A stretch of DNA of 64,000 bases, from assembly GCA_964035545.1 (NCBI GenBank), contig OZ037768.1, forward strand, positions 2,760,741-2,824,740, read 5' to 3'. Below are positions 26,201 to 38,400 of the stretch, in pieces. The position numbers were made by a program, and so were the translations under genes. The stretch is from Bugula neritina. Lineage: Eukaryota > Animalia > Bryozoa. The notes under the pieces were generated by a model that was not told the DNA's origin, did no database searches, and worked only from the letters and a program-made list of their open reading frames with translations. Position 1 is the stretch's first letter. The number at the start of each line of letters is the position of its first letter.

Positions 26201-26791
26201 CTGCATCAGTTAATAAAACTGAAATACTTCTACTTGCTGGATGTTTTATCTCTTCTAACCCTTGCAGTGTGCTTTGCACATTTAATTCAGTAATTCTAAG
26301 GTTCTAGAAAAATCTACTATATTACCACTATCACTATAATAGTCCTAAAGAGCTTGTGACATATACTTGGAACTCCAGACAAATATTTTCTTTGCAATGA
26401 GAGGAAAACAATGTCTGTTTGCAGATCTGAGGTCAAGTGGTTGCTGGTGCCCCATTAATGCAATACAAACATGTATAAAAATCACCTACAAGCCAGACAA
26501 AAGATATTGCTGTGGTACAAACCTGTCTCCCTGCATAGCAAGTGAATGTGGTAAGTGCCAACAGTATTGCAGTGTCTACAGGTCTGAACTAAATGGCTGC
26601 TGAAGTTAGAGTTGCAAATAATTCAGAGCTACAAGCTTGAATTGCAAGTTCCAGAAACTTGAAGCTGTTAAACTTTTGAACCTGCTACAAATTTAAGAAA
26701 ATGGTTGTGCTTTTGTAAATAAAGCTGATTTGTTATAGGTTTTTGGGAAATGTACAACTTATTGAGAGCGAGGTACAAGTATTGCAACTAA
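20278..26791 (+). CDS. Type II transmembrane BRICHOS-domain precursor with furin site and Cys-rich C-terminal product, ~368 aa
   Basis: Exons 20278-20385, 22186-22374, 24466-24594, 24949-25071, 25430-25610, 25928-26125, 26425-26550 and 26739-26791 join in frame (1107 nt). TM WIAFVLLTVLILLLLLCGAVIILF; BRICHOS-like VFNHFKQRISLHR..VCLVK..RPKML and LGDMTVHQFCSHLPVYLL; RKRR; then 115 aa with 13 Cys. A probable non-coding exon ends at ~18948 (GAAG|GTAAGG). Confidence 0.85.
21287..21618. mobile_element. Non-autonomous hAT (Charlie-like) MITE, 332 bp, intronic
   Basis: TIRs CAGGGCTGTCCAAC ... GTTAAACACCCCTG; 8-bp TSD CTCTCGAC / CTCTAGAC (7 of 8 identical, NTCTAGAN-type target); subterminal GTGGCCC/GTGACCC motifs. 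Confidence 0.8.
23247..24027. mobile_element. MITE-like non-autonomous DNA element (~780 bp) with ~35-bp TIRs, intronic
   Basis: Left end TCACGGGCTTTCCATGTACCGATCTCAGATCGATCT matches the reverse complement of the right end, TCACCGGCTTTCCATGGACCGATCTCAGCTCGATCT; AGATCGATCT and TTTCCATG motifs recur at both ends around an AT-rich core; TSD not clearly resolved. Confidence 0.8.
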
Positions 26792-28127
26792 GGTCAATGC
26801 TCTTGAGCCAACAACACCTGTGTTAATAACTTGCTTATGTACTAAATACATTATTTCCACATTTTACATAGCATCAAAAATGGAAGCTTTTCAAACTACT
26901 CGTATATGAATGGCACTTCATACTGACAATCATTATTTTTATAATGAAACAACATTATTTTAATGTCACTAAGCTTATAATTTTAGATACTCAAAGAGTA
27001 CCATTCCTCCCAATTCCAAAGATAAAATTTTCCATAATTAAGAACTGAAGAGAATATCTGTACCATCTCCTATCTTTGTTTTCTGTGGCTACCCATAATG
27101 CAGCTCAGGTCTCTTCACTAAGATCTGACGAATCCCAGGCCTCTACTGATAGAACACAACTTCACTTAGTAGATTCAAACTGTTCACATCAAACTTATGT
27201 TTACACAACTACAGTGTGTTGCAGGCTGGTATCCCTGTATAATCATTGAATTTAAAGGTAGATCAAAAGGACATGGAACTGCCCCACAGCTAAGCTATGG
27301 CAATTTACACTATTGTTTACTTTGAAAATATCTCAAGTTATTACTTGCTGTTAGAGAAAGCTGGGATGTAGTGGGAACCAGAGAAGCAATAAACCTTACA
27401 TTGCCTGACATGTGTGTATTACAATGAAAGGTTGCTACATGTTTTAGAATTTAATACCATAGAGGAGAATTGCTTCTCATGAATTCTATGCAATGACATT
27501 TAACTCTATTTAGTATTATTTGACCAATTGACAGAGTATTTAATGTCATGGGCAACACCACGTATTTATATATTACTAATGTATAAATTCCTTTCTATGG
27601 TACCTTTTAGCAGCTTATAAAGCACTGTTTTGTGATATAAATTAAAGCAGGAATATATACTTAACCAGAGCCTATGTTCACGTAGAACTAAAGAGTGTAC
27701 ATTTAATTATATACTTCACAATGTAATTAGAATTTTATTTTTGTTATAATTTACATATTGCGGTTATTGTTTATTACAAGAGATAATAAAACATCTTTAA
27801 ATAATAATTATTGACTAAATTTTCAAAGATTGAAGCGAATTCTATGAATATACACTGCACACAGGGCAGAAAGAAAACAATAGGTAAATATATATGCGCA
27901 AAACATAGACAGTCGTACATATAGATACAATTTCATGATAAAAAGCATATTTGCCAAATTACAGGGAAAGAAACCAATGTGAAATTACTAGATAGGATGT
28001 AACATTATGGCAGATTCCTTCAGCCAAGTTTCCTCCACCTAGTGCCAGTGTACACTATTGCCAAGTATAATACCATACATTAGCTTAGGCTCCTTGTTAT
28101 GATAGCTTAGGCTCCGAGGAGAAGCTA

Positions 28128-31041
28128 TCATAACAAGGCAATCCCACCAGCCACATACTCCATCCTCTACAGTACATACAACATTCACTGCAATGATGCT
28201 CACTGCATGAAATCAAAAACAACACAGCATTGATTTAATTACTTCAACCAAACTAACAATGTGATATAGTTGAAGGTACAGTAAAATGTTATGGTCCCAA
28301 GACAGCTTGCTTTGTATATATTTCAACAGTATCATCAATGCACACACAAGTGTTGCGAGCAGCAGTGAAAAATAAGTCAGAAAAATAAACCATGGAGTTT
28401 AACTGTTGCATTTAATTAATTAGCAACAAACATTATGTTAGGAGTTGTCCTTCCATAACATTGAATCAAAGTCTAAAGCTTTGACAACTGTTGTCAATTA
28501 GTAGAATTTTTAGAACGAGCTGTGCCAAGAACACAACTCAAGTTTAACTTCAGAAGAGTTGCTGTTAGAGACAACTCTTTCAGCTTCATGATACACCGTG
28601 TACGTGTGTGTGTGTGTGTGTGCGTGTGTGAGTGTATGCATGAGTGTGTGTTGAATGTTGTTAGATACAGACAGACAAATACAAACCTGAGGCGGGTCAG
28701 CAAAAGCCAGCCAATCAGATGCATGTGTCGGCAGCAAACCCATGGAGTTGCATTTATATACAGCTAAGGCGACAGCAACTAGATTTCCACTAATATATGC
28801 TAATTTTTGAAGAGGTGCTTGTTCTCCCTGAATCATCTTGAACGCTATATAACAGAAACATGCACTGAGGATATAATAGATGTAGTAAGATAGTATACAG
28901 CAAGGTACGACAACTCTTAAAAAGATATATAACAGGAAAACCAAGAGGTCATTGTAAGTAATGCAAGTATCTCTCTAGACACCAACATCATTAAATAGAT
29001 CAAACAAAAAATATAACATAACAGCTGAAAAAACATGGGGACACCTTTTTTACTGATTTTCATTGTTAATAGCAAAAAATTCTAGCATTTAAAAAGTCTA
29101 GCCATCAAACATAACCAGCAGGGTGAATCCCTCTAATAGAAACCACTGTAAGAAACAGAATTGACCTACTTTGAGATAGAGAGAGAAAAGCCTGTATGGG
29201 TCGTACTGCCATCATACCGACCATCATGATGGGGAACATAGAGATGGAGTTACCCGCCATCCACATCATGAATAGGTTCATCGGTACCTGCTTGATGGGC
29301 CCCAGGGCTACATCCCATGATCTCTGTAATGTTTACCACACAAACTCATATGTACAATGATCTCTATAATGTTTATTAGACAAACTCCAAGATACAATGT
29401 GGGCTGGCAAAATAAACACGTGTTTCACCAACAAATACCAGAGCTGGAGTTCATATAAATGTAGAATGATCGTGTGTATATATTTAAGTACCCCAATCAG
29501 TATTTCAACATCCAGCTTTAGGAACCCAGATTAATATTGGGTTTCTTCATTTGTTTTGTTTTAAAAAACTAAATTAAAGCAAGATTTACCTCCCACACAA
29601 ACACTGTGTAATTGTAAAAGTCTATGAATCTTAGTCATACTTTGAATGAGCTGAGCTATTAGATGGGGTATAGTAGAAAGCATAGTATTAGTAAATGACA
29701 TTAGAAAGTGACTATTGAATGCTCAAGAATATACTGATAGTACACATTTGATAAATATTGAGAACCTAAACTAATAAATATTTATCCAACAAATTCTAGA
29801 AAATCTAGTTTGTAGTCCTTTTTGCCAAAATCCATACTTGTTGTATTTTATCTTACCAAAACTACACACAAAATGCGAAATTTATATATCAATGCAATGT
29901 ATTATCCGGCGATCACTGATTGCTATTGACGGAATATAACTTGAAATTTCTAGGTTATGGCCCATAGAAAGCACATTAAAAACACGAGTTTAAAAACTCA
30001 GAGCACAGATTTTTATATAATACGCAGACAAACCAGCCAACCTTCACAACTAGATCTTTGTCCACATTTTGGTTACGTTCAGAAACCTCCATTCCGCCAT
30101 ATTTGACATAACTGTGTGGAGCAGGTAACTCTTGAAACTTCACTACTGATGACCTACAAACATGCTACTATTATAATAATACTACAATAATTTACACTTA
30201 TCAATTATAGTTAATGTTATACCCATCACATCTATAAAAATTTGAGATTAGGACCTATTTGAAATAATGATTTTAATTGTACTGATATTTTTTTTCCCAA
30301 ATTTTTTTATGTCTACTTATTATAGCCAGTATTTACACTGAATTTTGCAACATATTTTCATGTCTGTGATATGTAATAAATCAATCATTATTGTCATTTA
30401 GCAGACCTAATTCATTAGTAGTAAACCACTATCAGCATCAGTAAACAGTATTGAAAATAAGTATCTCCAAATCTAACACCCAGTCCAACAGTAACAGGGT
30501 AACAGCAATGCAACAACTAACAGGCAACAGCTAAAAGTAAATATCAGTAACTCTAATTTTAAGTCTATGAGTTAAAACTACGAGTTACATTTAGACTTAA
30601 GTCTAGAGCTACTGCTCGGGCCAGGAGCCTAAAACTAAAAGTACAACTACAGGCAAACTGAAAAAATAATTTATATTTAGTCTTACAGCTATTGAAAATA
30701 AAACTAAAAGTAAACTTTAGAGTTTAAACTTAGTCAGAGTGACTACTGATAGGGATTAGTCTCAAGTCTTACTCTTAGTCTTCGACTTACTCTTAGAGTT
30801 ACTGTTAGTGTAAGTCTAAAAGTAAAAGTAAAACTAAAAATTAAAATGCAAGTACTGAAAAACAATTTGGTCAAAGTAAAATACACTATGGGATGATACT
30901 ATGGCTATACTTTATAGTGAGTACAACAGCCTTGAACACAAAAATAAAACAACTGCTTATATTAGTATACCCTGAACTGCTGGACATATCCAAGTACCAT
31001 CTTTTGTGCTGTTTTCTCTCCCTTCGTTCACTTGACGCCAT
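28128..31041 (-). CDS. EMC4: ER membrane protein complex subunit 4 (TMEM85)
   Basis: Exons ~31041-30971, 30153-30042, ~29324-29169, ~28845-28687 and 28166-28128: ..[78 protein letters not shown]. Confidence 0.95.
28604..28650. repeat. (GT)n microsatellite in an EMC4 intron
   Basis: Interrupted GT dinucleotide run. Confidence 0.85.
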
Positions 31042-31455
31042 CTTGCATTGAAAAAGCCTTGTTTTCAGTTGATATTTGAACTGTTAATTGTGGGAAGCCT
31101 CGTAACGGCTCTGTTATAAAGAAAATAATGATTCTTTGCTATGAAGCTTTTTCTGTGAAAAAGCGAGTTAGTGCTAGTACATTTCCAAAGTTAAAGATGT
31201 GCTGTAGCAGGTAAGAACAGCGCAATACTTTTTAAAGCGTATCTTGAAAGTGTATAACACAATAATTAAACCTACACTGGTTTCCGCTTACCGTGGTGCT
31301 CGTACTTTTTTTTATTGAGACTTGTTAAAGCCTGTACTGTATTCAGATTCTCTAGAAACTTTTATCAGTAAAGTACAAATTGAGACCTTATAGTTATTCG
31401 AATAACAGCCAGCCAGATATAGAAGAAACTTTGGTTTAGTTTTAGAATATTCACC
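31042..31455. promoter_or_regulatory. Probable bidirectional promoter between EMC4 and NGDN
   Basis: Divergent start codons only 414 bp apart; inferred from the arrangement. Confidence 0.7.
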
Positions 31456-34400
31456 ATGAACCAGCAAGTTAGTTGAACTTTAACTTAATAAGTTAATACT
31501 TATTGAAACTTATTCTTAATATTTAATTTATAATTTAAATTTTAATTTATACTTGAAGTCATAGTGACCTATGGTCACACTCACTATTACTATAGTTTAA
31601 ATAGACCTAAAAAGTGGATACGAAACGACTTGTGTACGAAATGACCTGCACCCATTTAATGATTTATGGTTGCAAATAACTCACAGTGATACTCATAGTC
31701 ATACTGATAGTCGTTATCATAATGATTATCATTATGATTATTCATTATTGATTATCCATTAATTTTAAATTTAATATTAATAATTATACTTATTTTATTG
31801 AAATAGAATTTCTATTGATAATAGTGGTATTATAAATAATGTTGGATATAAATATAAAATATGGATATCACTGTTGAAAGTTATTGTTAATGTTAATGTT
31901 AGACCCACTCTTAGTGTTTGAGTGTTAGTGTTGGATTCATTTACTCTTAATCTTAGAGTTGGTCATAATCATAGTCATAGTGTTAATGATAGACTCATAG
32001 TGATAGTCATAGTGTTTTCTTTTTTAGTTGAACCTACAATTAGTGTTAAATTAATAACTAGTAGTAGTGTCATGTCTAATACTAATAGTAATAGTAATAG
32101 TCTAATACTTTAATACAATTACTATTAGTCGTACTTATATCAGCACTGAATTTAATGTATTTTTATAAATCTTTTTATACTATTGTGATTATTATTATAA
32201 TTAGGTGCGGCAAGTGCAGCCTGGTTATGAGTTCATGGTTGTTGATCGACACACTGAAACTAATTTTGAAATGTTATTTAGTTGACAGCTTGTGATATCC
32301 AAAGCAGCAGAGAACTTTTTTCAAAAATAAAAGAAACAGCTGACAAACTTATAGAACGGGTCAAAGGTATTACAGAACAAATCAAAACAGGCGAATTCAC
32401 TACAAAAAATGTAAGTTGTTCTCTACTTGGTGTGCTGTAAATAAATGTTCAGTTAAATCAGTTAACATTTTTATTCTAGTCTCTATTGGTCAATCACACT
32501 AATATTTGACTTCTTTTAAAGGGTATTTCATTTTTGGATGTCAAGAATGAGCTTTTGGGTCAGTATAACCTAAATATTGGAGGTGTGGTGGCCAGGAAAA
32601 TGTCTGGCATCTCTATAGAAGACTGTGAGGAGGTCGACAGGCTAGCAGAAATACGAACTGTAAGTGTGCAATCTGCAAATAATAGACATAGTTTTTGTTG
32701 TTTGCATTTAGACTTTGGACAAACTTCTCGATTTCTAAAAGTTATGAAAAGGTGATAATTAGTTGATGCATTTTTGGTGTAAAATGTATATTGAAGGATT
32801 GTCCTAAGTTAGTATGTATTGTGTGAGCTTTTTCTACTAACCAGTACAGCACAGACACTAGCTAGAAATGTTCGGATTAACTGTGCTCCAATGACGGAGT
32901 GTCTGGATACATGTACATGTGCTTATGCACACAATTGGTTATTGGTTCAACAGTTGTAAACATCTCATTCAGTTTTATTTTTTATTGTTATTGTGGGCTT
33001 AAACTTGTGTGAAGTATTATATATAAATGAGTTTAAATGAACTTAAAAAATATTTATATTTTAGGTTGCAGTTTGTATGATAAAGTATAATGCTGTTAGC
33101 AACTGCTTTGATACAAACTTAGATTATGATGTTTTAGTATCTTTGCTAACCCCAGCTAAACTAAAACCTTTATGCTGATTGACTCTGAGATAATAGAGAT
33201 TTAAATTTGAAACTCAAAGCCTTTATATTTTTTTTAAACTTGAGAATTATTCAAATCTGCTCAATGTAAAAATACGTACGCTATAAAAGTAGGTTTGATA
33301 TAAGAGAATGAAACTGTTTGGTGGATGTGCTACAACAAATAAATGATAATTTAACAAACACATGTTTGGAATTTTTTGCCCATTCCAATTATGAAATGTG
33401 ATTTTTGGTAAAGCGACTACTTTTCAAGTTCTTGCCAAGAAATTTAAGATGGCTGTTAGTATCAAGTAACTCCAAGTATAAAGTATATTGTATATTTGCT
33501 TATTTTTCAGTATATAGAAAAGAGTCGTCCAATAGAGCACAAGCTGAAATATCAAATGGAGAAACTCTTGAAGATAGCAGCTTCTGGCGGTTTGAGTATG
33601 TATAAAAAAGCTATCGCTATCTCTGTGAGAAACCCCTGATGGAAAAGGTTTTTGTTAGAACGGGCTAAGGAGTTGTTCAGATGAGGCACAGGAGCAATTA
33701 TGAATGGATGCTCTTCTTAACATCACCAATGGTCTTTGTCGGGGTGATGTTATACTTGTAGACAGGCTAGCCAAAGTTTTGACTGCATTAGTGTATATTT
33801 CTCTAGCCAATTGATTGAAAATTCATACCTGCTTAATATGTAATATTAACGTCTAACGTCTGGTATTGATATGTTTGTTTGATATTTTGAATTGATGAGT
33901 GCAGAAGGAACTAGATTGACTTTCTTTGGTATACCATATTGTAGGTAATGATGATCCATTACACCTGAAACCTAACCCAGCTAACATGGTTAGTAAACTA
34001 GCTGGACAGGGGAGTGACAACTCTGATAGCGAAGAGAATGCAGATGGGAAAAATGCTTCCGGTGAAAAAACTGGAGTCTATAAACCTCCAATGATGTCTA
34101 GCTCTCATTACGGTAATAACCAAATTTGTTTTAAAAAATTATTAGCGACCTATCTGCTACTGCAAACCATATAAAAATCAGTCTATTTTTTTGTAAGTGA
34201 AATCATTATAAATTATATTAAAAGAAATTATTTTATTACAAAAACTTGCCGTGATGGTGCACTGACTGGTTTAAGAAGTTTTGATTTTCGTTAATGAGTA
34301 ATACTTGTTCTCGTTGACAAAATCCTGAAATAAAAGTCAGACAAAAATGTAGCTTTATTCCTTATATGAGTGTTTAGCAAAGCAATTTGGTTTTGTAAAT

Positions 34401-35257
34401 GAAAATATTTTTTCTAAACATATTTAAAGGTACTAGTTATATAGTATACACTGTATAATGTACTAGTCATGTAGTCTAAACTGTGTAGTGTACTAGTTAT
34501 GTAGTCTGCACTGTATAATGGTATTTTAAAGCGGAAGAACTGTCCAGAAAGGAAAGAGAAGAAAAATTGATAGCAAAGGCCAAACGAAAAGCTTTGAGCA
34601 CGGCTATGATGAGAGAGTTGCGGGCGGAGTACTCGGAGGCCCCTGAAGAAGTGAGGGAGGACATGAACCTCCACCGCTTTAAACAGTCTAAAGAAGACAA
34701 GCACCGAATAGCTTATGAAGAGGATAACTTTAAACGAGTTGCTATCAGCAAACAGGAAAAGGTGCGTGGGCATGTGCAAAGACTAGATGGCGCTTTATAT
34801 AAGTAAAGTCTTAGTAGAATGTAGGCACAGCAATGAAAAGTAGTGACTAATTCATGCATAATGCAAGGAGTGTATTCAAGAGTTGCCTTCTCATAATATC
34901 AGACAATATCGTGTAAATATTGTACTATTACACAATGCAACAGTTCTGATCTCCCTTTATTTCAGTTTTCTATAAAACCAATACCCAGTGGCTGCTGTGC
35001 ATGTGTACGCTGAATCTCTAACTCCCTACATGTTGCTGCACTCACTGCATGTAAATGATTTGCTAGATTAGCTCCTGTATCTGTATTTGCAGAGACGACG
35101 CAGTCAGCTGCAGACCGTCTCTTCGCTAGACCAGCTTACCAAGTTTGGAGATATTTCAGCTTTGACTGGAGGCTCATCGGGTGTTGCGGGTGGCAAAAAA
35201 CGAAAACTCAAGTCCAAACCCAAGTCTGGTCACAAGAAGAAGAAAATACGAATGTGA
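31456..35257 (+). CDS. NGDN: Neuroguidin (Sas10/Utp3/C1D family, Lcp5 homologue)
   Basis: Exons 31456-31467, 32282-32410, 32522-32659, ~33510-33595, 33945-34112, ~34532-34761 and 35093-35257: GISFLDVKNELL..RLAEIRT YIEKSRPIEHKLKYQMEKLLK..DPLHLKPNPANM..YKPP..ELRAEYSEAPEE..YEEDNFKR..basic C-terminal tail. Confidence 0.92.
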
Positions 35258-35459
35258 ATGAATATTTAGCTGATGAGTCTAACAGCTTCGCCATTTCTTA
35301 CTTTTTTGCTGATGTTGATATACTAAGTTTTACATATATCTGTTGATGTGTATATAAAATACAGTTCCAGTAGGTTTCAAAGACATTTTCAAGTGAAAGT
35401 GAGTTTATTTTTGGGTAAAGATGACGGAAGATATACAATAAACTGAATTAAATATAGGA

Positions 35460-38400
35460 TTATGTGAGTTTCTTGACTTTGCCATAGAGAGAGTCTACGA
35501 CTTTGCCCATGCTGTGAATAGTTTCTATGGCTGATTCGTAGGTCTTGTCTTTTGATGTCTCGTCAAATATGATGAGAACTCCATCTCCCTGGTCCAGTAT
35601 GCCGTGAAATTTCTTGTCCAAAATCATCTGAGATAATTTCTTTTCCACCAGCTCCTGATGACACAATATAACAATAAACAAAATTAACGCAATAAACTAA
35701 GCAATGTGCCAACAGACCAGAAAAATTCAGTTTAGCACCTTTCTGGTAATCTTTACTTCTGAAATATGTTCCAACATTAAATTTCACATTAACACAGGAA
35801 TATTTTTTCTAGTTTGAAGGCTTTGTGAACTCTTTGTGACCCATGGGTACACAATGTGTATATTCTGTGAGTTATGGTAAATCATTAACTAAATCATTCA
35901 TTGCAGCTACAATTGTTTGTCTTGAACTTCCATACCAAATGCTAAACTTTTGAGAGGGTAAAACTTAACTGCAAACAGACACAACTTTTGATTGATGATG
36001 GCCAAAATGAATTGCACAACATTGACTATGGAGATAAGAATTCCTTTACATGCATAGAGATATACACTCACCTTGTCAAGGTCAATGAGTTTAGCAACGT
36101 GCGGAACCTGCACGCGAGAGTACGGCTCTATGATTCTGAGCAGATTTCCTTCGAGTAGCTTGTCGTACAGAGACTCCAAGTGCGCCTTGATTATATGGTC
36201 ATTCTCTAACTCTGCTTTGTGAATCTGCAATGCCTAGAAAGTAGGTCAACCATAAATTACATCACTGGTATCAAGGATTGTGGTGTAATTAGATCAAAAG
36301 TTACAGCCAGTCTAGGTAGAAGCTATTCAACAGTATTCATGCATTAAAGAAAGACATGTACCTTCTTAAAGTCGGCTAGTGATCTTTCTTTACTAGCCTT
36401 AGCAACACTTTTCATAGCCTCAGCATCTTTGCCCATATACTTGAGGGCCAACTTGCCACTCATGATTTGTGTTACTTCATCGGCTCTAAAAACACATTTC
36501 TTATTTTAAAACTATACTAAAATGACAAAAGTTGCAACAAATAATTGGTTTTTTATTTATTAACCCACTAATAATTTAGGAGCTGAAATACACTTTATTT
36601 AGAAAAATCGTTCAGGGTAGTATCACTCCGAAACTTAGTGAAAAATTTTTCGACAAAGTTACACTGCTTAGAAATATGTGGCAAAATGACTAATCAAGCC
36701 GGCCTTGAATATAATATCCCATACATAGTTAAATTAGGATGAGTAAACAAGATAAAAATAACTAATAAGTTGCACCAAAACTTTTGATCTTCAAAAATAT
36801 TTCTGAATAATCAGTTTCAACCATTCATTTATTTTTTAATAATCCATTGAAGTTTCAACCGAAATAGAAAAATCGAAAAAAAAGAAACTACAAAGTATTT
36901 TAATATCAGCTACAATTGCATAGTAAGCACTCACTGTTCCAGCATAATCTTGGCAAGCAACATGTACTTCAAGCTAACAATGGCCTTGGGACTGTCAATA
37001 GAATCATAGCCTTCAAACGCTTCATAAAAATATGAGAATGCCGTCTTAAAGTCCCTGTCAGCGGCAGCATGCAGTATTCCTACAACATATCAGCAATGGG
37101 AATTGTCATCTCTTGGCACATCAAAATCTGAAATTATATTGTTAGAAAAAAGAGTTAGTGATAGTATCATAAGCATTCTCAGAAACAATTTCAATGCTAA
37201 TATTATAACGTGGCAACATTAACGAATACTGCACAGTTTTAAGGGTGCAGAGTTTACATAATCAGATAAGTAGTATAATATAGAGCGTGGAATACAATGG
37301 AGGGATCAGCTTATAGCACCCACCAGATTGCAAGTCGAGGGATGCTTGTAGTTTAGGTGGACAATATATACCATTAGCAGTGGTCCTGGCAGAGGTGAGG
37401 GCAGCTCTACAGGTAAAACACAACACATGCGAAAAGGAAACATACAAACATAATACTAATATAATAATATAATAAAAAAAGACAAACATTTGACCGACTT
37501 GAAAGGGAGGAAAGGTTAAACTCACAATCTGTACAACAGTAAATAGTTAATAGCACATTATAAAAAAGTTGAACAATTCTATCAACTTTGATAAACATAT
37601 TTTCAAAGCATCAAACCCACATTGAAGGCAGTATTTCCTATCAATTACTTCCCAAAATATCAATAAAAATATATGCCAAAATTTACCTAAATCTGCTTTT
37701 TTAACTACTCACATGTATCAGGCTATGACACTGAATACGCGAGCTCTGTATCTTCACTTGTTCAGTAATTCAATTAAAATTTAACCAATAAATCACCCCA
37801 CCATTAGAAACAAATATATAAACTAACTTGGCTTTAGGTAGGTTACCGAGAGAGTGGTAGACTTTGCTCTCTATCAACTGCACCTCAACTAGCAGAGCTT
37901 TGTCATCCAATTTCTTCAGTTCATACAACAAACTGGAGCCGAGCTTCAGTGCCTGCTGATACTGACCTGGAGAGTGAAGATAGGACAAAGTGAATAAATC
38001 TGATAGGAAAATAAATCATGCTACAAACCCAAGAGTTTCAAGCTAGCCTACCATCCTCAATGAAGTTTTCTTAAATTTTTATTTTTTGTGGTATTGACAA
38101 AAAATATTTTCAAGTTCAAGTGGCAACGGTATGACTAAAAATATTTATTGCATTATAGAATTACAGTCAATATGAAGTAGGAGTGATTTGCTGCGAAAGT
38201 GAACAAGAATATATCCGTACATGGGAAGTCAATATGATTGTCAAACCTAAATCGTAGTACAAAGCTATCAGCCTGCATTCCAAAGCCTGTCTCAAGAATG
38301 TTCTCTTTTCTTCTTTAGCCCATTCAATGCATTCTTTACACAACTCTACCTACACAAATAGTAATACATCAAATCCACCACTTGATAATATTAGTTGCAT

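Noticed and set aside
28010-28056. Alternative EMC4 last exon (..LGGGNL..)
   Set aside because: Exon 28166-28128 ([12 protein letters not shown]) matches the known EMC4 C-terminus much better
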